Shown here piece after piece: positions 20,157-30,200 of a stretch of 64,000 nucleotides of DNA. The DNA is from an uncultured delta proteobacterium (lineage in GTDB: Bacteria; Desulfobacterota; Binatia; UBA9968). The stretch covers positions 32,001 to 96,000 of the forward strand of contig CAWJZV010000045.1 of assembly GCA_963847445.1 (NCBI GenBank). Reading direction: 5' to 3'. The position numbers were made by a program, and so were the translations under genes. The notes beneath the pieces are model-generated. The model had not been told where the DNA came from, ran no database searches, and was given only the letters and a program-made list of their open reading frames with translations. The number at the start of each line of letters is the position of its first letter. Position 1 is the first letter of the stretch.

Positions 20157-21278
20157 TCAACTAGAACGTTTGCGCGGCGTCGCGGCGCCGATGGTCTGCT
20201 CGCCGTACTTGCGGCGCAGTTTGTCGATGGCTTGATACAGACGTCCGAAAGATTCGCGCCGCTGACGATTCAACAAGGGCTCCTGCCAGCCGGAAGTTTG
20301 CAGCGCGCTGGCGCTCACGCCCAACAAACGCACCGCGCGACCCTGGGCGATGTTCTGGCGCAGTAAGTCGCTCACCGCCTGAAAAATCTCTTTGTCAAAG
20401 CAAGTGGGCGAGGCGAGGGTGCGCGAGCGGGTGATCGTCTGGAAATTGCTATAGCGGATCTTCACCGTCAAGCAGCGGGCAAAGTACTCTTCCTGGCGCA
20501 GCCTGCCGCCGACCTCTTCGACCAGCTGCCAAAGCACTTCTTCCATTTCGGCGATGGTCTTGAGCGGAGTGCTCAGGGTCGTTTCATTGCCGATGGAATG
20601 ATCGTGGTGGTGGGGGTGTGCCGCAGCTTCGCTGAGGTCGAGATAGCGCGCCGCTAGTTCAGGCCGTGCCAATAGATCGCCAATGGTTTTGATGCCGCGC
20701 TGGAGCATGGTCTTGTGGGTCTTGGGGCCGACACCGGGGATCGTCTCCACTGCCAGCGGGGCGAGAAAGTCTTTTTCCGCCCCGGCCGGGATCTGGATCA
20801 GCCCATGGGGCTTAGCCAAGGTGGCGGCGATTTTGGCAGCGACGCGGCTGGTCGACAATCCGGCTGAGGAGGGTAGCGCCAATTCATTTTCGATGCGCCG
20901 GATCATCGCGTCGGCGGTTTTGAGCGGCGGACCGAACAGTCTCTCCGTGCCGGTGAGATCGACCAGCGCTTCGTCGATGGACAGCTTGTGCACTTCGGGC
21001 GAGTAGTGTTCGAGGATGGCGAATACTTTGTCGGAGAATTCCCCATAAGTGCGCCGCCGGTTCGGCAGAAAAATTCCCTGCGGGCAGAGTTTTTTCGCTT
21101 GAAACCCGGGCATCGCCGAGCGCACGCCGAACTCTCGCGCCGCGTAGGACGCCGAGGTCACCACGCCGCGGCCGTTGCGGCCGCCGACGATGACCGGTTT
21201 GCCTTTCAAACTCGGATCGAGCGCTTCTTCCACCGAGGCGTAGAAGGCGTCCATGTCGATGTGGAGGAACCAGGACAT
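20157..21278 (-). CDS. dinB: DNA polymerase IV (Y family)
   Basis: HIDMDAFYASVE, SYAAREFGVRSAM, SIDEA, IPGVGPKT, little-finger VRLLGV. Confidence 0.93.
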   Translation of the reverse strand: MSWFLHIDMDAFYASVEEALDPSLKGKPVIVGGRNGRGVVTSASYAAREFGVRSAMPGFQAKKLCPQGIFLPNRRRTYGEFSDKVFAILEHYSPEVHKLSIDEALVDLTGTERLFGPPLKTADAMIRRIENELALPSSAGLSTSRVAAKIAATLAKPHGLIQIPAGAEKDFLAPLAVETIPGVGPKTHKTMLQRGIKTIGDLLARPELAARYLDLSEAAAHPHHHDHSIGNETTLSTPLKTIAEMEEVLWQLVEEVGGRLRQEEYFARCLTVKIRYSNFQTITRSRTLASPTCFDKEIFQAVSDLLRQNIAQGRAVRLLGVSASALQTSGWQEPLLNRQRRESFGRLYQAIDKLRRKYGEQTIGAATPRKRSS

Positions 21279-21341
21279 GCTTGTTCGTGTTTCGTGATCG
21301 TGTTGGTTTTTCGGATCGATGAATGGTTGCCATTCCACAGC

Positions 21342-22334
21342 TCAGCGGGCGTAGAGCGAATTGATAAAGCCCGAGGCTTCGATCTTTTGCACGAAGGAGT
21401 TGTCGTAAAATACTTCGGGCTTGGCCTGGACACCCCTGGGGCTTTTTACGACATCGAGGACCGCCTGGACTTCCTGGCGGGTCATCAGCGGCACGCGTTG
21501 ATAGGCGCTGCCGTAATCGTCGTAGATGCTTTCCAAGACTTGCCGGTTATCGGTCTTTAAGAACTTGCCCATGGCTTTGAACGTGGTCTCTTTGTCGCTG
21601 CGAATGATCGCCAGAGCTTCGATATAGGCGCGGAGAAACCGGCTGATGTGATCGGGTTTCTGCTGAATTATTTTTCGTGTCGTACAGACGCCGACAAAGA
21701 CAAAGGGGATGTTTAGCTCGGTGACGTTGAGGATCGGTTTCATACCCAACTCGAGGGCTTGAATCGTCGTCGGCGCGGACATCAGGCCGGCGGCGGCATT
21801 GCCGGACTTCACCGTCGTCACCAGCGCCGGCATGCTGCCGGTGAAGAGAATTTTTACATCCTTGTCAGGAATCAAACCGTAACGGCGCAGGACGATGCGG
21901 GTCGCATAGTCGGTGGAGGCGGCGGCTTGGGTGGCGGCGACGGTTTTGCCTTTCAGATCCTGCACGGTTTTGATCGCCGGATCGCCGTACAAGTGGAAGA
22001 CAAAGCGATTGATGTTGCCGGCGACGTAGATGGTGTCGGCGCCTTCGAGGGCGACATCGATGCATTGATTGCCGACCATGCCGATGTCCTCGCTGCCGGC
22101 GACGATCGCCTGCACCGAAGTCGTCGCGGCCAAGTAATTCAGGCTATGTTGCAGGCCATGTTTGGCGAACAGGCCCAACTCTTGGCCCAACCACAGCGGC
22201 GCCATGGAACCGCCGAGGGCGTTGTAGACGATGCGGATGTTTGGGGCTTCGGCGGCGAATGACCCAGACACGCATGCTTGCGCGCCGAGCAAGGTCACGA
22301 ACAGTACCTTGGCGAGCTTTGTCGACAATTTCAT
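21342..22334 (-). CDS. ABC transporter substrate-binding protein, NMT1/SsuA-like
   Basis: Signal peptide, PLWLGQELGLFAKHGL, DLKGKTVA, YDNSFV tail. Confidence 0.85.
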   Translation of the reverse strand: MKLSTKLAKVLFVTLLGAQACVSGSFAAEAPNIRIVYNALGGSMAPLWLGQELGLFAKHGLQHSLNYLAATTSVQAIVAGSEDIGMVGNQCIDVALEGADTIYVAGNINRFVFHLYGDPAIKTVQDLKGKTVAATQAAASTDYATRIVLRRYGLIPDKDVKILFTGSMPALVTTVKSGNAAAGLMSAPTTIQALELGMKPILNVTELNIPFVFVGVCTTRKIIQQKPDHISRFLRAYIEALAIIRSDKETTFKAMGKFLKTDNRQVLESIYDDYGSAYQRVPLMTRQEVQAVLDVVKSPRGVQAKPEVFYDNSFVQKIEASGFINSLYAR

Positions 22335-22445
22335 TATGCCTCCCCGAGCGAACTATCGAGCGGAGAGTAGGAGAGCCGGCGGGTTGGTGTCAAGGGAACT
22401 GGCCGCACAAAATCGATCAAGACCCTGAAATTTGTTGTTGCGCGG

Positions 22446-23891
22446 TCAATTTTCTTTGTGTGTGCCGCGGACTGCGGAAGAAAACACTGCGAGTAAAGTG
22501 AAAATGCTCAAAGCGTAGATCGTCGTCGAGAAAGAACTCATAAAAACCTCCGGCGCGGCGCGCCAGCTGTTGGGCGAATTCACTTGATTAGCGGTTAAGC
22601 CGGCGCCGGCCAGGAGGTAGCCGAACAAAGTCGCCGATAGAGCCACACCCATGGCGCCGCCGGTGCGCGCGCTGGTAGCGATCATACCGGCGGCGGCGCC
22701 GATTTTATCCGTCGCCACGGCGCCTAAAATCGACCGTTGATTGGGCGCGTTGAAGAGCGACCAGCCGACGCCCCAAAGCACCAGCGGCAGCATGATGCGC
22801 AGCAGCGGCGCATGCAGGTCGAGGGATGCCAACAGGAACTGCGCGATGGCAACGGCGAAACAGCCGAGGGTGCAAAGCAGACGCGAGCCGAGACGGTCCG
22901 ATAGCGCGCCGGCGATGGGCGCCATCACCATGATGATCACCGAGTCGGCGACGATGATCCAGCCGGTCTGCGAAGCCGAGTAGCCGAGCAAGCTTTGCAA
23001 ATAAAATGGCAGGAGAAAATTAATTGCCGACAGAGTGGCGGCAAGCACGAACAAGCTGGCGATGCCGGCGCTGAACAGCCGGGCGCGAAACATCGACAGC
23101 ACCAGAATCGGCAGCTTGGCGCGGGCTTCGGCGCGCAGGAGAAAGACCAGCGCGATGGCGGCCAGCGCCAGGGTCAGAAAAAACGCCGGATGGCGCCAGC
23201 CGACCCGCGGCAATTGATCGATGGCGTAGATGAACAAGCCATTGGTCAATAACAGCAGCACCGCGCCGGCGATATCCACCGAGGTTTTGCCCTGCATGCG
23301 CGTCTCGGGGACGACCTTCCAAGCTAAATAGGCGCCGGCCAGGCTAAACGGCATGTTGATGTAAAAAATCCAGCGCCAGCCGAGACTGTCGATCAAGAAT
23401 CCGCCGAGTGCGGGGCCGGTGAGAAAGCCGATGTGAAACGCCGTCGACGTGAGTCCCAGGGCGCGGCCCCGTTCTTCAGCGGGCAAGTTTACCGACACGA
23501 TGGCGCGGCCGTTGGCGGCGATCATCGAGCCGCCGATGGCCTGAACCGCGCGGAAAAAAATTAGCTGGCCGGTGGTTTGGGTCATGCCGCAGATCGCCGA
23601 CGCGGTGACGAAGATCAAAAAGCCCAGGGTGTAAAAGCGCCGCCGGCCGAACATATCGCCGAGCCGTCCCATGGTGATGATCAGGCCGATTAGAACCAGA
23701 TCGTAGACCAGGATGGTCCACTGGATGGTGCTGAAGGCGGTGTTAAACGTCGTCGTCAACGTCGGCAGGGCGACGGTGATGGCGCGTTGATCGAGGCCGA
23801 CTAGGGCCTGGCCGAGGCAGACGCTCAACAAAATCAAGCGCGAGGCGCGCTTTGAGTGGACTACCTCGTGGGTTTGCGTTGGCGGAGTCAT
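22446..23891 (-). CDS. MFS transporter (DHA2-like, 14 TM)
   Basis: GRLGDMFGRRR, FRAVQAIGGS, GPALGG, WRWIFYIN motifs. Confidence 0.9.
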   Translation of the reverse strand: MTPPTQTHEVVHSKRASRLILLSVCLGQALVGLDQRAITVALPTLTTTFNTAFSTIQWTILVYDLVLIGLIITMGRLGDMFGRRRFYTLGFLIFVTASAICGMTQTTGQLIFFRAVQAIGGSMIAANGRAIVSVNLPAEERGRALGLTSTAFHIGFLTGPALGGFLIDSLGWRWIFYINMPFSLAGAYLAWKVVPETRMQGKTSVDIAGAVLLLLTNGLFIYAIDQLPRVGWRHPAFFLTLALAAIALVFLLRAEARAKLPILVLSMFRARLFSAGIASLFVLAATLSAINFLLPFYLQSLLGYSASQTGWIIVADSVIIMVMAPIAGALSDRLGSRLLCTLGCFAVAIAQFLLASLDLHAPLLRIMLPLVLWGVGWSLFNAPNQRSILGAVATDKIGAAAGMIATSARTGGAMGVALSATLFGYLLAGAGLTANQVNSPNSWRAAPEVFMSSFSTTIYALSIFTLLAVFSSAVRGTHKEN

Positions 23892-25339
23892 CTCGCGGTT
23901 GCCTGATCTTTCCGTGAGCCGCGCATGGCGGCGAAGATCACGGAAAAAATCGCAAAGGCGTTGATCCAGTGGGTGGTGAAGCTAAAGGATTTTAAAAACA
24001 CTTCCGGCGCCGCCGCCCAGCTGGCCGGCGACTCGATCTGCTCCGGGGTGAGGCCGTTGGCGCCCAAGGCGTAGGTCATGATTGCGCCGGAAATGGCGAT
24101 GCCCATGGCGCCGCCAATTCTCGCCGTAGTGAGCGTCATGCCGGAGGCGGCGCCGACTTTGTCGCGCGGCACGGTGCTCATGATCGCGCTCTGATTGGGC
24201 GAGTTAAACAGCGCCCAGCCCAAGCCGATCAAAATTTGCGGCATGACCATTTGGAAAATCGTCGACTGCAAAGTCAGCGAACCGATGAAATATTGACCGA
24301 CGATCATGATCGCGGCGCCGACGGTGCAAAGTATGCGCGAACCGAAGCGGTCGGACAGGCGGCCAGCCACCGGGGCTAACACGATGATCACCACCGAGCC
24401 GCCGATCAAGATCCAGCCCATCTGGGTCGGCGTGAAACCCATCAGGTTCTGCAAATAAAACGGGATCAAGACGCTAACCGCGGCCTGCGTCGAAGTCAAA
24501 AAGAACAGGCTCAAATTGGCCGCGGTGAACAGCCGGTTGCGAAACAACGATAAACTGAGGATCGGCGTGGGGGCTTTTTGTTCGGTGCGAATGAACAGAA
24601 ACAGCGTCGCGGCGGCGACGATGAAAAAAATCACGACCAAGCTGTCCTGGGCGCCGCGGTGGGGCAGGCGATTGAGCGCATAGAGGAAACAGATATTGGT
24701 CAAGAGCAGATACGCGGCGCCGGCGAAGTCCACTTGGACCTTTGCTTCGCTGCCAGCGCGCTCTTTGAGAATTATCCAACCGAAATAAGCGCAGGCCAGG
24801 CCGATGGGCACGGTGAGAAAGAACACCCAACGCCAGCCCACCGCGTCGATGATGAAGCCGCCCAGCGTCGGCCCGGTGATGTAACCGACGTGAAACGCCA
24901 TGGACGTGAAGCCGAGGGCTTTGCCGCGTTCGGACGCGGGCGAGTTGACGGTGACCAGCGCACGGCCGTTGGCCATGATCATGGCGCCGCCGATGCCTTG
25001 GAGCACGCGGAACAAAATTAATTGAGTGGAGGATTGCGCCAAACCGCAAAACAGCGAACCCAGGACGAAGATCAAAAAGCCGGAAATATAGATCCATTTG
25101 CGGCCGAACAGGTCGCCGAGTCTGCCCAACGTCAGGACCAAACCGATAACGCAGAGATCGTAAACCAACAAAACCCACTGAATGAACGACAGGTCGCTGT
25201 GAAAAACATGGGTGAGGGTGGGCAAGGCGACTTGAATGGCGCGATGGTTGATCGCCACGACGGCGAGACCGAGGGACACTTGATAAAGCACCAGCCGGGA
25301 ATGGCGTCGTTGCTCGTCGCTGATAGTTGAATCTGCCAT
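23888..25339 (-). CDS. MFS transporter (DHA2-like, 14 TM), tandem paralog
   Basis: GRLGDLFGRK, FRVLQGIGGA, GPTLGG, WRWVFF; 4-bp overlap with the next gene. Confidence 0.9.
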   Translation of the reverse strand: MADSTISDEQRRHSRLVLYQVSLGLAVVAINHRAIQVALPTLTHVFHSDLSFIQWVLLVYDLCVIGLVLTLGRLGDLFGRKWIYISGFLIFVLGSLFCGLAQSSTQLILFRVLQGIGGAMIMANGRALVTVNSPASERGKALGFTSMAFHVGYITGPTLGGFIIDAVGWRWVFFLTVPIGLACAYFGWIILKERAGSEAKVQVDFAGAAYLLLTNICFLYALNRLPHRGAQDSLVVIFFIVAAATLFLFIRTEQKAPTPILSLSLFRNRLFTAANLSLFFLTSTQAAVSVLIPFYLQNLMGFTPTQMGWILIGGSVVIIVLAPVAGRLSDRFGSRILCTVGAAIMIVGQYFIGSLTLQSTIFQMVMPQILIGLGWALFNSPNQSAIMSTVPRDKVGAASGMTLTTARIGGAMGIAISGAIMTYALGANGLTPEQIESPASWAAAPEVFLKSFSFTTHWINAFAIFSVIFAAMRGSRKDQATAR

Positions 25340-25405
25340 GAATCAAAAATTAGATTTCTTAACGGTATACCGTTTGTGGATGGGTGTTTACCATGGAAGT
25401 TCATT

Positions 25406-25433
25406 GTCGGGGCGAAAGATTTTCCGCCCCGAC
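25406..25433. repeat. REP-like palindrome
   Basis: GTCGGGGCGAAAGATTTTCCGCCCCGAC. Confidence 0.55.
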
Positions 25434-25454
25434 GCACACGGCAGCCGGATGAAC

Positions 25455-25498
25455 CAAAAATGAAGAGGGGGCGGGCCGGTGCCGGCTGCCCCCTCTTC
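25455..25498 (-). terminator. Rho-independent terminator of the clpB transcript
   Basis: GAAGAGGGGGC...GCCCCCTCTTC stem, followed on the minus strand by a T run. Confidence 0.7.
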
Positions 25499-25522
25499 TG
25501 AGCGTCTCTTTTCAGAAGAAAA

Positions 25523-25687
25523 TTATGATCGGCTGTCGCGCAGCGATGCTTTGAGTTCGCGGCTGAGCTCGGCTTTGGCGCGCTTACGCAGAACGTCTTT
25601 TTTGCTTTTCAAGATTTTTCCCGGCGGCGGCAGTTCCTTGCGCACTTTCGCCAGGCCGATGGGAATCTTTTTTGCCGATGGACTCAA
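25523..25687 (-). CDS. Small basic protein (54 aa) coupled to clpB; not in the ORF track
   Basis: TTG start overlaps the clpB TGA (TTGA): [54 protein letters not shown]; lies before the terminator. Confidence 0.6.
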   Translation of the reverse strand: MSPSAKKIPIGLAKVRKELPPPGKILKSKKDVLRKRAKAELSRELKASLRDSRS

Positions 25688-28312
25688 TGCAGGGTCCTTT
25701 GCTCGAAGGTCGCGTCGCTCGCCAGCGGCGGACCATGGGTGAAGCTGAGCTCGTCGTCGTCCACTTCTACCTTCACGGTGTCGCCTTCTTTGAACTCGCC
25801 AGCGAGAATCTTAACCGCCAGCGGGTCCTGAATCAATCGCTGGATGGTGCGCTTGAGCGGGCGCGCGCCGTAGACCGGATCGTAGCCCTTGTCGGCGAGC
25901 AAGGCTTTGGCCGGCGCGGTGATCTCCAGCGCCATCTTGCGGTTGGCCAAATTCTGCCGCAGTCGTTTGAGCTGAATATCGACGATCGACTTGATCTCAT
26001 CGCGGCCGAGGCTGCTAAAAATGATCGTCTCGTCGACCCGGTTCAAAAACTCCGGCTTGAAGGCCTCGCGCAAGGCATTGCCGACATAGTCTTCCATCTG
26101 TTTACGGTCTTTGCCGGCGAGCTCTTGGATGTACTGGCTGCCGAGGTTCGATGTCATGATGATGACGGTGTTTTTGAAATCGACGGTGCGCCCTTGGCCA
26201 TCGGTCATGCGGCCATCTTCAAGCAGCTGTAAGAGCGCGTTGAACACGTCGGGGTGGGCCTTCTCGATTTCGTCGAACAACACCACGGAGTAGGGCCGGC
26301 GGCGCACCGCTTCGGTCAGTTGCCCGCCTTCATCGTAGCCGACGTAGCCCGGCGGGGCGCCGATCAAGCGCGAGACGGAATGTTTTTCCATGTACTCCGA
26401 CATGTCGAGGCGCACGATGGCTTGCTCGTCGTCGAAGAGAAATTCGGCCAACGCCCGGCACAGTTCGGTCTTACCGACGCCGGTGGGGCCGAGAAAGATA
26501 AACGAGCCGATCGGCCGATTGCTATCTTGCAAGCCGGCGCGGGCGCGGCGCACGGCGTTGGACACCGCGATGAATCGCGTTCTCTTGGCCGACCACGCGG
26601 AGCTTTAGCCGATCTTCCATTTTGAGCAACTTCTGGACTTCGCCTTCGAGCATCTTCGAAACCGGAATGCCGGTCCATTTGGCGACCACTTCGGCGATAT
26701 CTTCGGCGTCGACTTCTTCCTTGAGCATCTTTTGATGGGTTTGCAGTTCCGCGAGTTTCTGATTGGCCGCGTCGCTGTCTTTCTGCAACTGCGTCAACGT
26801 GCCGTAGCGCAGCTCAGCCGCCTTGTTGAGATTGCCCTCGCGTTGGGCTTTTTGTTCTTCGACCTTGGTCGCTTCGATCTTTTCCTTGATGCCACGCAGC
26901 TGTTGGATGGCGGCTTTTTCATTCTGCCAATGGGTTTTGAGAGCGCTCGAGGTCTCCTTCAAATTGTGAATATCCCGTTCGAGCTGCGCCAAACGATCCA
27001 TTGACGCTTTGTCCTGTTCGCGTTTGAGTGCCTGGCGCTCGATCTCCAATTGCATGATCTTGCGCTCGACCTCGTCGATTTCGATGGGCATGCTGTCGAT
27101 TTCAATGCGCAGCCGCGACGCGGCTTCGTCGATCAAGTCGATCGCCTTGTCCGGCAGGAAGCGGTCGCTGATATAGCGGTGCGACAGCGTCGCCGCGGCG
27201 ATAATCGCCGGGTCGGTGATACGCACGCCATGATGGACTTCGTAGCGTTCCTTCAAGCCGCGCAGGATGGCGATGGTGTCTTCCACCGAAGGCTCGCCGA
27301 CGTAGACTTGTTGAAAGCGCCGTTCCAGCGCCGGATCTTTTTCGACTCGTTTGCGGTACTCGTCCAACGTCGTCGCGCCGACGCAGCGCAGCTCACCGCG
27401 CGCCAGCGCGGGCTTGAGCATATTCGATGCATCCATGGCGCCTTCGGCGGCGCCCGCGCCGACTAATGTATGCAGCTCATCGATGAACAGAACGATCTGG
27501 CCGTCGGCCTCGGTGACTTCCTTCAAAACCGCTTTGAGACGGTCTTCAAACTCGCCGCGGAACTTCGCCCCGGCGACCAGGGCGCTGAGATCGAGCGAGA
27601 TAAGTTTTTTGTCCTTCAATCCTTCCGGGACATCGCCGTTGACGATGCGCAAGGCGAGGCCTTCCACGATGGCGGTCTTACCGACGCCCGGCTCGCCGAT
27701 CAGCACCGGATTATTCTTAGTCCGGCGCGATAGCACTTGAATCACCCGGCGAATCTCGTCGTCGCGGCCAATCACCGGATCGAGCTTGCCCTTGCGAGCC
27801 AGGTCGGTGAGATCGCGGCCGTACTTTTCCAAGGATTGATATTTTCCTTCTGGATTCGGGTCGGTGATCCGTTGAGAGCCGCGGATGCTGACCAGGGCGT
27901 TGAGAATTTTGTCGCGGGTTGCGCCCAACTCTTTGAGGGCTTTTCCGGTTTCGCCGCTATCCTGCACCATGGCGAGCAGCAAGTGTTCGGTGGAGACATA
28001 CTCGTCTTTCAACGCTTCGGCTTCGGCCTCGGCGCTTTCAATGAGTTTCTTGAGCCGTGGCGTGATATAGCTCTGGCCGCTGGCACCGGTCACTTGAGGC
28101 AGGCGGTCAAGGGTTTTTTGCAGCCTGTCGGTTAGGTTGGTTAGCGGCACGCCGAGCTTTTGCAACAGCGACAAGACCACGCCTTCCTTCTGCCCTAACA
28201 ATGAGAAAAGCAGGTGTTCGACATCGAGGGCCTGATGGTTGCGTTTGTCGGCCAGAGACTGGGCGTCACGCAATGCCTCTTGAGATTTGGTGGTAAGTTT
28301 CTCTAAATTCAT
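25684..28312 (-). CDS. clpB: ATP-dependent chaperone ClpB (frameshift at ~26570)
   Basis: Clp N repeats, GEPGVGKT, M-domain coiled coil, [41 protein letters not shown]. Confidence 0.95.
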
Positions 28313-28337
28313 ATGATTTCTCCGTAGCTTGCGGGGA

Positions 28338-28366
28338 AATTTAAGCATCCTTCGGCGGGCTGTCAA
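28338..28366 (-). promoter_or_regulatory. sigma70-type promoter of clpB
   Basis: Minus strand TTGACA-N17-TAAATT, ending 25 bp before the ATG. Confidence 0.6.
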
Positions 28367-28453
28367 GAAAAAGGCTTGAACCGGGAGAAATCGCGGATTC
28401 CAGTGCCGCGTGAACGCTTAGCGCGCCAAAGCCGCAACCAAAGAAGAAGGGAT

Positions 28454-28543
28454 TTCACCGCAGAGACGCGGAGTTCGCGGAGTTCGGAAAATATCTTAAT
28501 GAAAAAAATTCTTTACTCGGCGTCCTCTGCGCCTCCGCGATGA
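28454..28543. repeat. CACCGCAGAG...CTCTGCG inverted intergenic repeat
   Basis: TTCACCGCAGAGACGCGGAG ... CTCTGCGCCTCCGCGATGA; related to 15412-15495. Confidence 0.6.
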
Positions 28544-28610
28544 GGTTTCCGAAAGTTTGCGCACGCCCGGCAAATTTGCAGCTATAGCAGCTCTTCGCGC
28601 TCGCCGGCCG

Positions 28611-29393
28611 CTAGTTTCGCAGCTTGGACGGATCGAAGTATTCGAACATGGGTGGCGTCGCGCTCGATGCGGCAGCCACGTTGCCGGGCAGGTCGAGGAC
28701 GATGCCCTGGTCTTTTTGCATGGTGAAGCGGTATTTCACCGGTGCGGTGGCGAGGCTTCGCATTTTCTTGACGGTTACCGTGCGCTCATAGCCGGCTGCA
28801 GTTTCGGCCATTTCAAATACCAAGACACCGGCGGCAAGATGTTCTTCAATCGCCACACTTGGCGATGGGCCGCCGTCGGGGCAACGCTGCGCCGTCAAAA
28901 TGTTAGTGACGCTAATCTGCGTTTGCACCAGTTGGATCAGCGAGCGCGCTTGATCTTGCGCCGGGCTACTGGCGTCGGGTGGGAGGCTAAACGGCGTTAC
29001 CGGATCGATAATCAAGAGCGTCGCGCTGAGCCGTCTGACATAATTGCCGAGATCGGCGACGATCTTTTGCGGATCGATGCCTTTTTCACCGCCGCCGCGG
29101 GCACCGAAGTAGGGCGAAGCGTCGAGGATGATCAATTGCTTTTCTTGGATGTAGCTCTGGAGATCCCAACCCAATGCCGCGGCGGCCTCCAAGATCTCCG
29201 AAGGGCGCTCGTCGACGGTCACGTAGACCGCCTTATCACCCGCTTTGAGGCGGGTAGCGACTAACTGCAAACAGGCGATGGTTTTCCCGGTGCCCGATTC
29301 GCCGGCAAAGAGATAGGTGCGCCCACGGCTAAATCCACCGAGCAGCAGAGCATCCAAGCCGGTGATGCCGGTGGCGATGCGTTCGTTAGCCAT
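28611..29393 (-). CDS. Single-domain KaiC/RAD55-like ATPase, copy B
   Basis: ERIATGITGLDALLLGG, Walker A GESGTGKT, YVTVDERP, Walker B LLIIDP, IEEH, VKKMRS finger motif. Confidence 0.88.
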   Translation of the reverse strand: MANERIATGITGLDALLLGGFSRGRTYLFAGESGTGKTIACLQLVATRLKAGDKAVYVTVDERPSEILEAAAALGWDLQSYIQEKQLIILDASPYFGARGGGEKGIDPQKIVADLGNYVRRLSATLLIIDPVTPFSLPPDASSPAQDQARSLIQLVQTQISVTNILTAQRCPDGGPSPSVAIEEHLAAGVLVFEMAETAAGYERTVTVKKMRSLATAPVKYRFTMQKDQGIVLDLPGNVAAASSATPPMFEYFDPSKLRN

Positions 29394-29421
29394 TAATATA
29401 GAGATATTGTGCGACCGGTTG

Positions 29422-30149
29422 TCAGGGCTTCGGCAGGACCACCAAGCCCTCACCCTTGACGATGTCGAATTCCAGTTGGGTCGGTTTAACGTCGGTACAG
29501 CGCATTTTTTCGACGATCAGGCTGCGCGCCAGCGCGCCATCGTTGCGCCAAATCATTTCCAAGACGACGGCGCCGGCGACCATGTATTCTTCAATGCCGT
29601 GCATGCTGCGCTCGCCGGTTCTTGGTACTGCATAGGAAGTGAGAAGGTTGGTGGTCGCCATCGAAGAACGCAGCAATTTGATCAGTAAGCGGGTTTGATC
29701 TTGGATTCGTGTGGCGACGTCGCGCAACAGGACAAACGGCCCGGCGGGATCGAGCACCAATCGCTCGGCGCCAAGCCGATTGACGAAAGTCGCCAGGTCG
29801 CTCACCGCTTTGTGAATGTCGATTTGGCGGTCATGGCCGGCGCCGGGCAGTGAACTTAAATAGGTCGCCGGCGTTAAGGATCGACAATTCATTTTGCTCC
29901 GCATGGCGTTCAAAGTCCCAACCCATCGACGCGGCTTGTTCGAGCACGTCCAGCGGTCCTTCGTCGGCGGTGACGTAAGATGCATTTTTCACCGCGTGCT
30001 AAACCCTCGGCGAGAAACTGGAGCGCAAAAATGGTTTTACCGGTGCCCGGCTCGCCGGTCACCAGGATCGAACGACCCTTGGGGAAGCCACCTTCGATCA
30101 ATGGGTCCAAGCCTTTGATCCCAGTGGTTACGCGTTCTGTTTGAATCAT
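29422..30149 (-). CDS. Single-domain KaiC/RAD55-like ATPase, copy A (frameshifts at ~29978 and ~29870)
   Basis: [37 protein letters not shown] (middle frame), RLVLDP, HGIEEY, VEKMRCT. Confidence 0.85.
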
Positions 30150-30200
30150 CGTTATCCTTCGCTTTGCCGCTTTCAGCTGCTCGCCAGATTTTACCAGGCG

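Noticed and set aside
21279-21310. LexA/SOS box upstream of dinB
   Set aside because: The TCGTG repeats do not fit any LexA consensus I can state with confidence.
26520-26600. Programmed frameshift or split clpB
   Set aside because: No slippery heptamer seen; it is one of many similar indels.
28611-30149. Circadian KaiABC clock
   Set aside because: Single-domain proteins, no kaiA/kaiB in the window, and no recognisable CII S/T phosphosites.
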